Source of the DNA: Leptospiraceae bacterium | GTDB lineage: Bacteria > Spirochaetota > Leptospiria > Leptospirales > Leptonemataceae | Assembly (NCBI GenBank): GCA_040217195.1 | Contig: JAVJNR010000004.1 | Coordinates: forward strand, 96,001 to 160,000 | Reading direction: 5' to 3' | DNA length: 64,000 nt | Shown: positions 50,130-59,610 of the stretch, in pieces | Layout of the letters: the number at the start of each line of letters is the position of its first letter | Numbering within the stretch: the first letter of the stretch is position 1 | Program-made: the position numbers and the translations under genes | Notes under the pieces: generated by a model | The model's input: the letters and a program-made list of their open reading frames with translations, nothing else | The model's database searches: none | What the model was told of the DNA's origin: nothing

Positions 50130-51949
50130 AAAGCACTGGAGCTCAACTCGCTGTAAAGGCCCTGGAAGACCTGGGCATTCGATTTACCTTTGGAATACCT
50201 GGAGTACATAATACGGAACTTTATGACGAACTAAATGCTTCGTCTGCCATCTGTCCGGTGCTCGTTTCGCATGAAATGGGCGCCGCATTCATGGCCGATG
50301 GACTGAGCCGTACCTCCGACTCAATTGGAACTCTGGTCATAGTACCTGCTGCCGGAGCCACCCATGCAATGAGCGGAATTGGAGAAGCATACCTGGCAGG
50401 TATTCCAATGCTCATTATTTCTGGCGGCATTCGAATCGATACAGGAAAGCATTATCAATTGCATGATGTTGACCAGCTTGCACTTATGGAACCTCTTACC
50501 AGGGCAGCCTTTCGCATTAGAGCTCAAAACGAAGTAAGAAAGACGATCTTTCTGGCCCATCAGATAGCTCACTCTGGTCAACCTGGACCGGTTTTTGTAG
50601 AAATCCCTGTCAACGTCCAACTTTTCCGTGGACCTGCTGCACCGGAGTCCGTGGCTTCTGAATTCCGGATAAAGCCAGCCTATCTTCCTCTTTATAATAG
50701 CTTCAAAGATGACCTGCTGCAAAAGCATTCCTCGAACACCGACCAGCCAGTAGATATAAATAAGCGAAGGGGCCTGGTCGAACAGGCAGCCGATTTGCTA
50801 CTGGCCGCCAGTCATCCTGGTCTGTTCGTTGGCTGGGGCGCCCGTAGTGCCGCAGCAGAGTTACTTGATCTAAGCGAAAAACTGGGGATTCCCGTAGCCA
50901 CCACCCTGCAGGGTAAAAGCGTTTTCCCGGCTGACCATCCAATGCATTGCGGTATGGGCGCCGGCAATTACTCTGTACCGGCCGCGCAAGCAGCCTTTCA
51001 CGATTGTGATTGTTTGCTCGCCGTGGGATTGAGATTCGCCGAAATTCCCACAGGTAGTTTTGGTATGTCTGTTCCGGAGAATCTAATTCATGTTGATATT
51101 GAGCCAGAAGTATTCAATAAGAATTATCCTGCAGCAGTGGCCATTGAAGGAGATGCCACGGAAATCTTGCAATTGCTCACCCAGGAGATAAAAAGCAGAC
51201 AGCTTGAAGAAAGGCTTCATGCCAGCCGTAGATCGAATTTGCAGAGTCTAATCCAAAACCACAAAGAGCAGTATCTGCAAAGCTGGTTGAATGAGGAAAT
51301 GCGCCGAGTAAATCCGGCAATTCTATTTCAATCCTTAAGGAAGTCGATTAACCCCACTGATATTGTTGTATTGGATGATGGCAATCATACCTTCCTGGCT
51401 GCTGAGCTATTCGATGTCTATCAGCCTGGAACCTTTATTTCCCCCACAGACTTCAACAGTATGGGCTACGCCATCCCAGCCAGCATTGGAGCCGCATTTG
51501 CCAATCCCAACAAACTGGTTACCGCAATCGTAGGCGATGGAGCTTTCTTAATGACAGGATTGGAGGCGATAACGGCAGTAAGCTATGAAGTGGGCCTACT
51601 CATACTGGTCTTTCATGATGGAGAGCTGTCTCAAATCTCTCAGGGGCAGTCCATCCCCTACAACAGGAAGACCTGTACTGTCCTGGGAGACTATGATGTG
51701 TCCTCGATAGCCCGTGGAATTGGTGCCAGTACGCTCGCGATTCGGAGCAACACTGAAGTGGCAAGTGTAATCCTGGAAGCAACCAGAAGAGCCCGAGATG
51801 GTGAAGTTATGATTGTTGATGTGGAAATCGACTATTCGCGTAAGACCCAGTTTACAAAAGGCATTGTAGAGACCAATCTTTCGCGTTTTGCCCTGACTGA
51901 AAAGGTTCGCTTTATAGGACGCGCCATAAAGAGGAAGATTACCGGTTAA
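50126..51949 (+). CDS. Thiamine-diphosphate-dependent enzyme (acetolactate-synthase-like)
   Basis: FGIPG, HE..AAFMADG, PGPVFVEIP, SMGYAIP, GDGAF; ATGA overlap with upstream gene. Confidence 0.9.
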   Translation: MKSTGAQLAVKALEDLGIRFTFGIPGVHNTELYDELNASSAICPVLVSHEMGAAFMADGLSRTSDSIGTLVIVPAAGATHAMSGIGEAYLAGIPMLIISGGIRIDTGKHYQLHDVDQLALMEPLTRAAFRIRAQNEVRKTIFLAHQIAHSGQPGPVFVEIPVNVQLFRGPAAPESVASEFRIKPAYLPLYNSFKDDLLQKHSSNTDQPVDINKRRGLVEQAADLLLAASHPGLFVGWGARSAAAELLDLSEKLGIPVATTLQGKSVFPADHPMHCGMGAGNYSVPAAQAAFHDCDCLLAVGLRFAEIPTGSFGMSVPENLIHVDIEPEVFNKNYPAAVAIEGDATEILQLLTQEIKSRQLEERLHASRRSNLQSLIQNHKEQYLQSWLNEEMRRVNPAILFQSLRKSINPTDIVVLDDGNHTFLAAELFDVYQPGTFISPTDFNSMGYAIPASIGAAFANPNKLVTAIVGDGAFLMTGLEAITAVSYEVGLLILVFHDGELSQISQGQSIPYNRKTCTVLGDYDVSSIARGIGASTLAIRSNTEVASVILEATRRARDGEVMIVDVEIDYSRKTQFTKGIVETNLSRFALTEKVRFIGRAIKRKITG

Positions 51950-52162
51950 GCGTTGCTTGAAAGCCCACGATTTAAACAGAGATTCGCGATGCTGTACCGA
52001 GAATGACCCCCGGTCCGTCCATGATCTTCATCTTGAGGGTCGTTACGCGAAGCCAATTGCGGGGGCAGAGTTCTTCGAACCAGAAAGACTCTGTTTTCAG
52101 TTCTAGGAAGCCGCTTAAAGTGCAATGCCTGACAAAGGCCATCCCGTTCGCGGCTCAAAGCC

Positions 52163-52762
52163 TTATTCCATCAAAATTTGTTTTAAAGTCTTCCGAAACC
52201 CTTCCATTTCATCTGGACCTGGTTTCTGCCCCAAATTGTACACCATAGTGGATGAGAGTATAGCTCCCAGAATCATATGTGCCATCACATTTGTATCCAG
52301 CTTTCGGAACATTCCGCGCTCCGTTCCTTCCTGCAGGATTTCCTGTATCCCGGACCGGTAGCCCATTATCGTACTACGCAATAGGCTTTTCAAAGAAGTG
52401 GATGCAGCATATATGGCATCGGAAAGCACAATACCGGGCAAGGCAGGATAGTTTCGGACCATTTCAAAATGAGCGGCGAACAATAGATCCAGCTGTGCTG
52501 CCGGATCGCTTCCTTTTTTCGCCTCTGTCATAATACCGCCAAGCCGATCAGACAGTACTTCTACAAAGAAATACAGCATCTGATCGCGACTCTTGAAGTG
52601 ACGATATATGGCTGGTTGAGTGATCCCCATTCGTCTGGCCACCTCGGCCGTAGAAACTCCAGTTACCCCGCTGTCGGTGACAATCTCCAGGATAACCTGG
52701 AAAAACTCTGCTTTTCGACCCTCGAGAGGAGCTACCACCCGCTCATGGTTCCTGTCTGACAT
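52163..52762 (-). CDS. TetR/AcrR family regulator
   Basis: VSTAEVARRMGITQPAIYRHFKSR HTH. Confidence 0.92.
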   Translation of the reverse strand: MSDRNHERVVAPLEGRKAEFFQVILEIVTDSGVTGVSTAEVARRMGITQPAIYRHFKSRDQMLYFFVEVLSDRLGGIMTEAKKGSDPAAQLDLLFAAHFEMVRNYPALPGIVLSDAIYAASTSLKSLLRSTIMGYRSGIQEILQEGTERGMFRKLDTNVMAHMILGAILSSTMVYNLGQKPGPDEMEGFRKTLKQILME

Positions 52763-52842
52763 TTTTTATTCCTCCGGTCGGCTTCCAACCCGCTTCAGTC
52801 CATGGACATCTTGCCAACCAGGAGAGGCAACCGGAATGAATC

Positions 52843-52887
52843 TTGACTTTTACTTGATCTTGTTTACACTGGTTATAGCCCTATAAC
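52843..52887 (+). promoter_or_regulatory. Sigma70 promoter and palindromic (TetR) operator upstream of RND gene
   Basis: TTGACT-N16-TACACT then perfect inverted repeat GTTATAG-CC-CTATAAC (52872-52887). Confidence 0.7.
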
Positions 52888-52906
52888 ATCCACAGAGGAT
52901 TCTACA

Positions 52907-55900
52907 CTGGAACAATTAACGCGATATTTCCTGCATCGGCCTACTCTGGTTCATCTCATTGTGGTGGCGGTAATCTTTTACGGTCTTTTGGCGATCGCGC
53001 AAATACGGAAGGAAGGCTTTCCCACTGTAAGCATGAATAGAATTCTAATTACTACCGTTTACCCTGGCTCTTCCCCCCGTGATGTGGAATTGAACGTAAC
53101 AAGGCCCATCGAGGCGGAGATGGCCGCCACGGAAGGAGTAAAGGAGTACCTGTCTCTATCTCGAGAGGGGCTTTCTCTTGTGGATATCAGAATTGATGAC
53201 GATGCAACTCCCGACCGAGTGCGCCAGATATACAATGATATTCAGCAAGGTATTGATGGCATCGATGAGTTTCCAGAGGACCTGGAGCGGCCGCCTGTTC
53301 TGGATCTGATAAGTTCAGGGGATGCCCCCATTGTTGAAGTGGCATTAAGAAATCAGGCCGGAATGAACCGGGATCATGTTGATGACCTGGTCAAGAAACT
53401 GGAAAAGGTGGCCGGCGTCGCCCGCTGCGAGGTAAGTGGGATGAGCGATACAGAGATCCAGGTTCTGGTAGAACCCGATAGAGCCCTGGAAAACCAGGTG
53501 GGGCTTCGATCGATCGCTGAATCCATACAGAGGCGAAACCGGCAGGGGTCTGGTGGCGATCTGGAATCCTTTGTAGGGGAGAAGAAAATCGTTTCCTATT
53601 CCCGCTATACGAGCAGGGAGGAAATCCGGGAGACGATCATTCGCATGGGGTTTGGGGGGAATGGGGTTCGGCTCAAGGATATCGCTGAAGTGGAAGAGCG
53701 TAGCGAGGATACTGGCCTAATTGTAAGAAACGATGGTAATCCTGGTGTTTCAATTTCAATCATAATGAAGGAAGGAGCGGATATCCTTGATACTGTGGAG
53801 GGGGTTCATCAGGTTCTGGCCGCTGCTATTCATCCAGCTGGCCTGGAATATTCATTTCTCAACGACCAATCACGTCTAACCAGGGATCGCCTTAGTCTGG
53901 TCATAAGCAATGCTATCATGGGATTTATTCTGGTAGTTCTGGTTCTTTTTTCCATATTCAATCTTCGCACATCTCTCTGGACCGCATTTGGAATCCCTTT
54001 TTCTCTGCTGGGGGTATTCATCCTGCTTTATTGGCTTGGTTATACTTTAAATGTTTTGACCCTGGGTGGATTTATAATCGTTCTTGGTATGCTGGTTGAT
54101 GATGCCATTGTGGTAGCGGAGGAAATAAACAGTCAGCGAGAAACAGGAAAGCCCCCGATGGAGGCCGCCCTTACCGCGGTTCAGAATGTCTGGAAGCCAG
54201 TATTCGCGTCCGCGCTAACTACCATGATCGCTTTCACTCCGCTTCTTTCATTGGGTGGTCTTCCTGGTAAATTTATATGGCTGATCCCCTTGGTTGTTAT
54301 CCTTGCCCTGGTCGTTTCCCTGTTCGAAAGCTATTTTATTCTTCCGGCGCATTTGAGCCATGGTAAAACTTCGAAGTTACATAAATCTGAGGTGATTCGT
54401 AAAGTGGAGGTCTTTTATACCAGAACTTTGCATTTTGCCCTGGGTAATCGGTACTCGGTGATAATCTTAGCGTTCATTGTACTGCTCCTCACGGTTGGCC
54501 TTTCGTTCAATTATCTGAAAAAGGATCCATTCCCCCAGGAAGCCGCAGAAGGCCTTACTCTTCGTCTCACCTTTCCTCTGGGATCCAGTCTTGCTTTTAC
54601 ATCGGAGCAGGTCGAGAAAGCAGAAAGGATTCTTCTGTCTCTTCCGGATACAGAAATCGCGGGCATTAGTAGTAGAATTGGAACCCACAGCTCATCCCCG
54701 ACGGAAGACCTGGGAAGTATGGATAACGGAGCTATCATATTTGTACATCTTGCCCCCTATGGAGAACGATCTCGTACCGCTGCCCAGATTGGCGACGATA
54801 TACGAAGTCAAATCGAAAATGCCTTTCAGGCACAGGAATTCGAATACCTGGTTGAGCTCATGCGAATAGGTCCCCCTCTCGGACGACCGTTCGAAATTCG
54901 GCTGGCTTCCAATGAAGAGGAGGTCAGAGCCGCGGAAAGCCTTCGTCTACAGAAATACCTGAGAAAGATTCCCGGAGTTCTGGAAGTCGAGGATGATACC
55001 ATTGCCGGTAAGAATGAACTCAACCTGGTTCCCGACCATCAATTGCTTGCGCAGGCAGGTCTTACGGTTGAAGATATTCTTACGGTTCTGCGCATTTCCT
55101 TCGACGGAATGGTTGTCAGTTCTATGACAGATGTCGAAGGGTCAAAAAACATTCGTCTGAGACTGGATCAACCAGCTCGGGCCGACCCAGAGTTTCTTAA
55201 GAGGCTACCTATTTCCAACAAAACCGGGCAAATGGTGCGGGCCAATCGACTCATGACGCTCCATGAGCGAGAGGCTCCCGGAGAAATCAGACATGTGGAC
55301 GGAGTTCGAACTACAACTATCTTCGGCAATTTGGATGCCGAAATCATATCTCCGGAAGAGCTAATGGAAATGGTGAGGTCGGACTATGAGCCGATTTCGA
55401 AAGTTCATATGGATTTTTCCGGCCAACCGGAAGAAACACGCATCATTTTTAAGAATCTACAGTCGGCCGCATTGTTCGCAGGCCTGGGCATTTATCTGGT
55501 TATCGCGCTGATCTTCCAGTCATTCTTTCGACCGCTAGTAGTATTGCTGGCGTTGCCATTTGTACTGCCAGGGGTCCTTGGCGCCCTGGTCGCTCACGGG
55601 TTGCCTGTTTCCATTTTTACTGGTCTAGCGGTTATCGGTCTTATGGGAGTGGTGGTGAATGGATCAATCGTTATGGTATACACAGTTCTGAATGGTGGTT
55701 CCGGGAATGAAGCACCGGACAGGGATACAATCATCTCTGGAGCGGTTTCGAGACTTCGTCCACTTCTCCTGACAACTTTCACCACGGTTCTGGGCCTATT
55801 TCCAACGGCGTATTCCCTGGGAGGGTACGATCCATTCATTACACCCATGTGTTTGGCTCTCGCCTACGGACTGTTACTGGGTACTTTTGTGATTCTGGTT

Positions 55901-55996
55901 ATGGTGCCAGTATTTCTGGCAGTGGAAAGCGATATAAGAAAAATTATAAGTGGGAGAAACTCATTATGGGTATCAGAAGAATCACGGGAATTGTAA
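52907..55996 (+). CDS. RND efflux transporter permease (AcrB-like)
   Basis: YPGSSP..VE, GMLVDDAIVV, SRLRPLLLT; in-frame CTG at 52907 with SD AGAGGA restores the typical N-terminus (RYFLHRP); track start GTG 52961. Confidence 0.9.
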   Translation: MEQLTRYFLHRPTLVHLIVVAVIFYGLLAIAQIRKEGFPTVSMNRILITTVYPGSSPRDVELNVTRPIEAEMAATEGVKEYLSLSREGLSLVDIRIDDDATPDRVRQIYNDIQQGIDGIDEFPEDLERPPVLDLISSGDAPIVEVALRNQAGMNRDHVDDLVKKLEKVAGVARCEVSGMSDTEIQVLVEPDRALENQVGLRSIAESIQRRNRQGSGGDLESFVGEKKIVSYSRYTSREEIRETIIRMGFGGNGVRLKDIAEVEERSEDTGLIVRNDGNPGVSISIIMKEGADILDTVEGVHQVLAAAIHPAGLEYSFLNDQSRLTRDRLSLVISNAIMGFILVVLVLFSIFNLRTSLWTAFGIPFSLLGVFILLYWLGYTLNVLTLGGFIIVLGMLVDDAIVVAEEINSQRETGKPPMEAALTAVQNVWKPVFASALTTMIAFTPLLSLGGLPGKFIWLIPLVVILALVVSLFESYFILPAHLSHGKTSKLHKSEVIRKVEVFYTRTLHFALGNRYSVIILAFIVLLLTVGLSFNYLKKDPFPQEAAEGLTLRLTFPLGSSLAFTSEQVEKAERILLSLPDTEIAGISSRIGTHSSSPTEDLGSMDNGAIIFVHLAPYGERSRTAAQIGDDIRSQIENAFQAQEFEYLVELMRIGPPLGRPFEIRLASNEEEVRAAESLRLQKYLRKIPGVLEVEDDTIAGKNELNLVPDHQLLAQAGLTVEDILTVLRISFDGMVVSSMTDVEGSKNIRLRLDQPARADPEFLKRLPISNKTGQMVRANRLMTLHEREAPGEIRHVDGVRTTTIFGNLDAEIISPEELMEMVRSDYEPISKVHMDFSGQPEETRIIFKNLQSAALFAGLGIYLVIALIFQSFFRPLVVLLALPFVLPGVLGALVAHGLPVSIFTGLAVIGLMGVVVNGSIVMVYTVLNGGSGNEAPDRDTIISGAVSRLRPLLLTTFTTVLGLFPTAYSLGGYDPFITPMCLALAYGLLLGTFVILVMVPVFLAVESDIRKIISGRNSLWVSEESREL

Positions 55997-56367
55997 CAGG
56001 TGTGCTGGGCATCGTATTTGGCCTAATGACTCTGAAAAGCGGAGGCTCAGTTCTCTTTCTTGGAGGAGCCGCCCGGGAAGCAGCAGGTAATTACGTTCCA
56101 TTCGTTTTATGGTTCAACTTTCTGGCCGGTTTTGCCTACATCGGGGTGGGAGGACTTCTTTTAACACAGAATCGTCTGGGGGCACCGCTTGGATTCGTAA
56201 TAGCTGGATCCTCGATACTAATTCTGGGCGGTCTCGGTCTACACATTGCAATGGGGGGTCAGTACGAAAATCGCACCGTGTATGCCATGGTTTTTCGAAT
56301 CATTTTCTGGGTGAGCGTGTCCGGCGCCATGCTTGTTGTGAAACGAAAGTTTCCTGCAGCGGAGTAG
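55966..56367 (+). CDS. Small 4-TM membrane protein
   Basis: FGLMTL.SGG, GNYVPFVLWFNFLAGFAY, YENRTVYAM; ATG 55966. Confidence 0.75.
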   Translation: MGIRRITGIVTGVLGIVFGLMTLKSGGSVLFLGGAAREAAGNYVPFVLWFNFLAGFAYIGVGGLLLTQNRLGAPLGFVIAGSSILILGGLGLHIAMGGQYENRTVYAMVFRIIFWVSVSGAMLVVKRKFPAAE

Positions 56368-56501
56368 CTACTCTGCATTTCAGCACCATTGACACTATCC
56401 TGAGTTCAATATCTAACTCCGCTCTGAGCCAACCGGGCACAATTACTTCAGCGAACCGTGTAGTCCCGTGGCGCCTACAGATTGGATAGATTTATTTCTC
56501 A

Positions 56502-56545
56502 CCTTGATCTGAAGCAAGGCAGTTTGCCAGCCAACTTGATACTAT
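56502..56545 (+). promoter_or_regulatory. FNR/CRP-family class II promoter
   Basis: ccTTGAT-CTGA-AGCAAgg (1 mismatch to TTGAT-N4-ATCAA) and -10 TACTAT at 56540-56545. Confidence 0.6.
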
Positions 56546-56548
56546 TGA

Positions 56549-57103
56549 GTGATGGAAACTGATTCTAGCTTAGAAATGCGTTCTCCCTCAGCATTCAAAG
56601 GGATGACTCTTAGCCAGGTATGCGATTTTGTAGAATCCAGACACCATGCCTACGCTCAAAAGGAACTGCCCGGCCTCATCCAGCTTACAGAAAGAGTAGC
56701 CATTGTCCATGGAAAGCACGACCCAAGACTCATGGATGTCCGAGATTACTTCCTTGAAGCCGCCAACGCTTTCTCTGCACATATACAGAAGGAAGGAGGA
56801 GTTCTTTTTCCCATGATCCGGTCTCTTGAAACAGATGCAAGCTACGGCGATTCTCGTTGGGATTATATCATCGACCCAATAGAGCAAATGCGGTTGGAAC
56901 ATGAGGGGGTGGAATTGAGTCTAAAAAAAATAAGAAAACTAACGGATTCATTCCTTGTTCCAGCTCATGCTTGCAATACCTACCGTTCCATGCTCTATGG
57001 GCTACAGGCTTTTTACGCAAACTTTCATCAGCATTCAGATGTTGAGAACAACGTATTGTTTCCACGAGCCCTCAGAAAGGTAGACAGAATTGATCCGGAA
57101 TAA
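56549..57103 (+). CDS. Hemerythrin-domain di-iron protein, RIC/YtfE-like without N-terminal ScdA domain
   Basis: RHHAY..KELP, VAIVHG, HIQKE..VLFP, MRLEH, HSDVENNVLFP. Confidence 0.85.
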   Translation: MMETDSSLEMRSPSAFKGMTLSQVCDFVESRHHAYAQKELPGLIQLTERVAIVHGKHDPRLMDVRDYFLEAANAFSAHIQKEGGVLFPMIRSLETDASYGDSRWDYIIDPIEQMRLEHEGVELSLKKIRKLTDSFLVPAHACNTYRSMLYGLQAFYANFHQHSDVENNVLFPRALRKVDRIDPE

Positions 57104-57353
57104 TTTACACTGCCAAAACATCGCTGGCGCTCACTTCCAGATATTCTGCATTATCTTTTTTAATTGCCTCTGGATAAGCCGTCTGCCAGGTTTTTTCAGT
57201 TGCTTTCCCTCCGGAAAGACCAGAGGAACCTAGAAGAGCTATGATTCAGATGGAAGCGTAACCAAAAAGAGTCATCCATTAATGCGGCATTCAGGATACT
57301 TCCCCTCTGAAGACATTTGACTTGCAAAGGGACGAATACACGATCAAGGTAAA

Positions 57354-57740
57354 ATGATGAACCATAGAATAGACGCTGACGCCAGGCCCGCAGATATATC
57401 AAACGATGCGGTATCCTTCTCTAATTCCGATTTGATAACCTTCTTACGAAAAGATGAATTGTATGCGAAAGAAGGTAAGACAGCCCGTACACTGGTTCGA
57501 TCAAACAATCTGACTATAATCCTTACTGTGCTCAAGGAAGGGAACGGTCTGCAACCGCATAAGGCTCCTGGCCCCATACATGTCATTGTGCTGGACGGCC
57601 AGCTGTCATTTCGGGTCTCCAGCCAGGAAGGCGAAACCCTGAGTGCGAAGGATTCAATAGTTGTGCCTTCGGGCCATTCTCACTCGGTACAGGCCATAAC
57701 TGATTGTGCTTTTATGATCACTATCGGCGGTAAGGAATAA
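57354..57740 (+). CDS. Cupin domain protein
   Basis: ARTLV, LQPHKAPGPI.V.VL.G, HSHSVQA. Confidence 0.85.
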   Translation: MMNHRIDADARPADISNDAVSFSNSDLITFLRKDELYAKEGKTARTLVRSNNLTIILTVLKEGNGLQPHKAPGPIHVIVLDGQLSFRVSSQEGETLSAKDSIVVPSGHSHSVQAITDCAFMITIGGKE

Positions 57741-57958
57741 TCGACTGGTCCGAATCTTTGAAGGCCTGGGTATTACTCCCCAGGCAGCGCTTCTGTGCGC
57801 AGACCATGGCCAAAAGAGGAGAACAGGCGACATTCTACACCGGGAAAAAGCTTGGGTAAGATTCATTTCGCGGAAACCAGGCAGTGATCCGGAATTCCAT
57901 AGCTGGACCTCCGAATGAGTTTTTCAAAACGCTGTAGGCAAGCTAAAAGAAAAAGTGA

Positions 57959-59038
57959 TTAGTAGCCTTCTTTGGCCATTCGATCTTTTTCTTTTTGAAA
58001 CAAAGTCCAGACGTATCGCTTATCGTCCATCCAGCCTGGTTCAGCGGCACGCATGGCCCGGTCAAAGTAATCCTGGGCCAAATCCATGTCACCACTGTAC
58101 CAATGATAGGCACCCAGGTTCCACAGAGCCGAAGAAGAGGTCCCTCCGGATTCATCCAGGGCCCGCTCCCATTGTCGAGCGGCCATGTCAAAGTTTCCTT
58201 CTTCGGCCCATTTAATGCCCTCTTCCAGAAAGGCCTGCACTCTGGATGGATCTCCGCCTCTTAGCCCATCGGTGTCGTCGGAAAGGGGAATGTAAAAGGT
58301 TACTACTTCAGGGGAAAGATTTCGAGCAATCTCGGTTCCCACCATCTGCATGGCTTCATCGAAAGCCTTGAGCTGCGAAGGACATTGTGTATTTCCCACA
58401 TCGTTTTCCAGTCTGTGCGGCTTGGTATTGGAAAAGCTCATGGATCGACCGGTTTCCGTATTAACCAGAGTGGCTTCCACAAATACAGTCAGATACGTTA
58501 CGCCTGTAGGTTTCTTGTACTGAGCATCGCCACTGTTCTGTCCTTTGGATGCTGCAGCCATGGCCAGCTGCAGAGCTGCAGTACTCAGATCCGTAACATC
58601 TTCAATTTTGCATTCCACCCTGGGAAGTGCTGTCATCCGGACGAATAGGATGCTTTCCACAGCCAGTTCCCGCCCGATCTGCAATTGGTTACGGGTCATT
58701 CCGCTCTGTGCATGAGCCAGCTCCTGATACCGCCGATCCCGGCTATCCAGATCCACAATAGAGTAGAATCCTCGTCCCTGCATGGCGCTTTGAACGGATC
58801 CACGTATGGTATCCTGCCATTCAGTGGCCAATCCAAGACGATTCAAGTTTGTGCTAAAGCCTGCAGGGAGTTCACGAGCTACCACAGCCAGCTTGCGCTT
58901 TCCATCCAGCACCCTCTGTAGCTGCTGACCTTGATGGCCTGCAGGATACTGAGGGAATTTCACCGGAATGCCGGAAGCGCAACCTGCCAGAGAAAGCAAG
59001 AGCAGATAGCTTGATATGCGGGCCCAATTGGAGTTCAT
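57959..59038 (-). CDS. LipL41-like outer-membrane lipoprotein with C-terminal TPR
   Basis: Lipobox LAGC; recalled similarity to leptospiral LipL41 (KPTGV, ATLV..ETG, VGN..CPS, LSP, TPR helices). Confidence 0.75.
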   Translation of the reverse strand: MNSNWARISSYLLLLSLAGCASGIPVKFPQYPAGHQGQQLQRVLDGKRKLAVVARELPAGFSTNLNRLGLATEWQDTIRGSVQSAMQGRGFYSIVDLDSRDRRYQELAHAQSGMTRNQLQIGRELAVESILFVRMTALPRVECKIEDVTDLSTAALQLAMAAASKGQNSGDAQYKKPTGVTYLTVFVEATLVNTETGRSMSFSNTKPHRLENDVGNTQCPSQLKAFDEAMQMVGTEIARNLSPEVVTFYIPLSDDTDGLRGGDPSRVQAFLEEGIKWAEEGNFDMAARQWERALDESGGTSSSALWNLGAYHWYSGDMDLAQDYFDRAMRAAEPGWMDDKRYVWTLFQKEKDRMAKEGY

Positions 59039-59092
59039 CAGTTACGACTTTTAGACGAGGCTTCCCTGTTTTGGTTTACATCAAAGAAAATT

Positions 59093-59527
59093 TCAAGCTA
59101 TTTTGTGTTGAGTTTCTATTTCCCGGAAATCCATCAGCGGTTTGCCAAACAGTGCCATGGGATAGAATTCCAGTTTACCGGATAAGACCGTGGTCTTGGG
59201 TACCAGGTAGTCAATTCCCATACCGCCCAGAAAAGCTTTGGTTAGCGGACGGGCCAGAGGGACATCAAAGCCTGTGCTGGCCACAACCACTGTACCACGA
59301 TACCCCTCTTTGTAGAGCCTCTTGAGCATGGTAATTCCAGCCATCTGAGTTTCCATGGTAATGTCGGTAACAATTACCTGATAGTGCTCCATTCCCTTCT
59401 CTTTCACTGCATTATAGCCACTGGCTCCGTCCACAGCTCGGTCGATGGAGTATCCCAGATCAACATAGTATTCGTCCAAGATTCTGGCGTATTTGTCGTT
59501 ATCGTCTACGATCAATAGATGCTTCAT
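59093..59527 (-). CDS. Single-domain response regulator (atypical C-terminus)
   Basis: LLIVDDN, IVTDITME...G. Confidence 0.8.
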   Translation of the reverse strand: MKHLLIVDDNDKYARILDEYYVDLGYSIDRAVDGASGYNAVKEKGMEHYQVIVTDITMETQMAGITMLKRLYKEGYRGTVVVASTGFDVPLARPLTKAFLGGMGIDYLVPKTTVLSGKLEFYPMALFGKPLMDFREIETQHKIA

Positions 59528-59610
59528 GGATTTCCTTTCTTAAGTATTCGGCTGGAGCCCCGTCTTTCGCTGCCATCCCTGACAGTTCTGGAACGATTTT
59601 CCATTGAATG

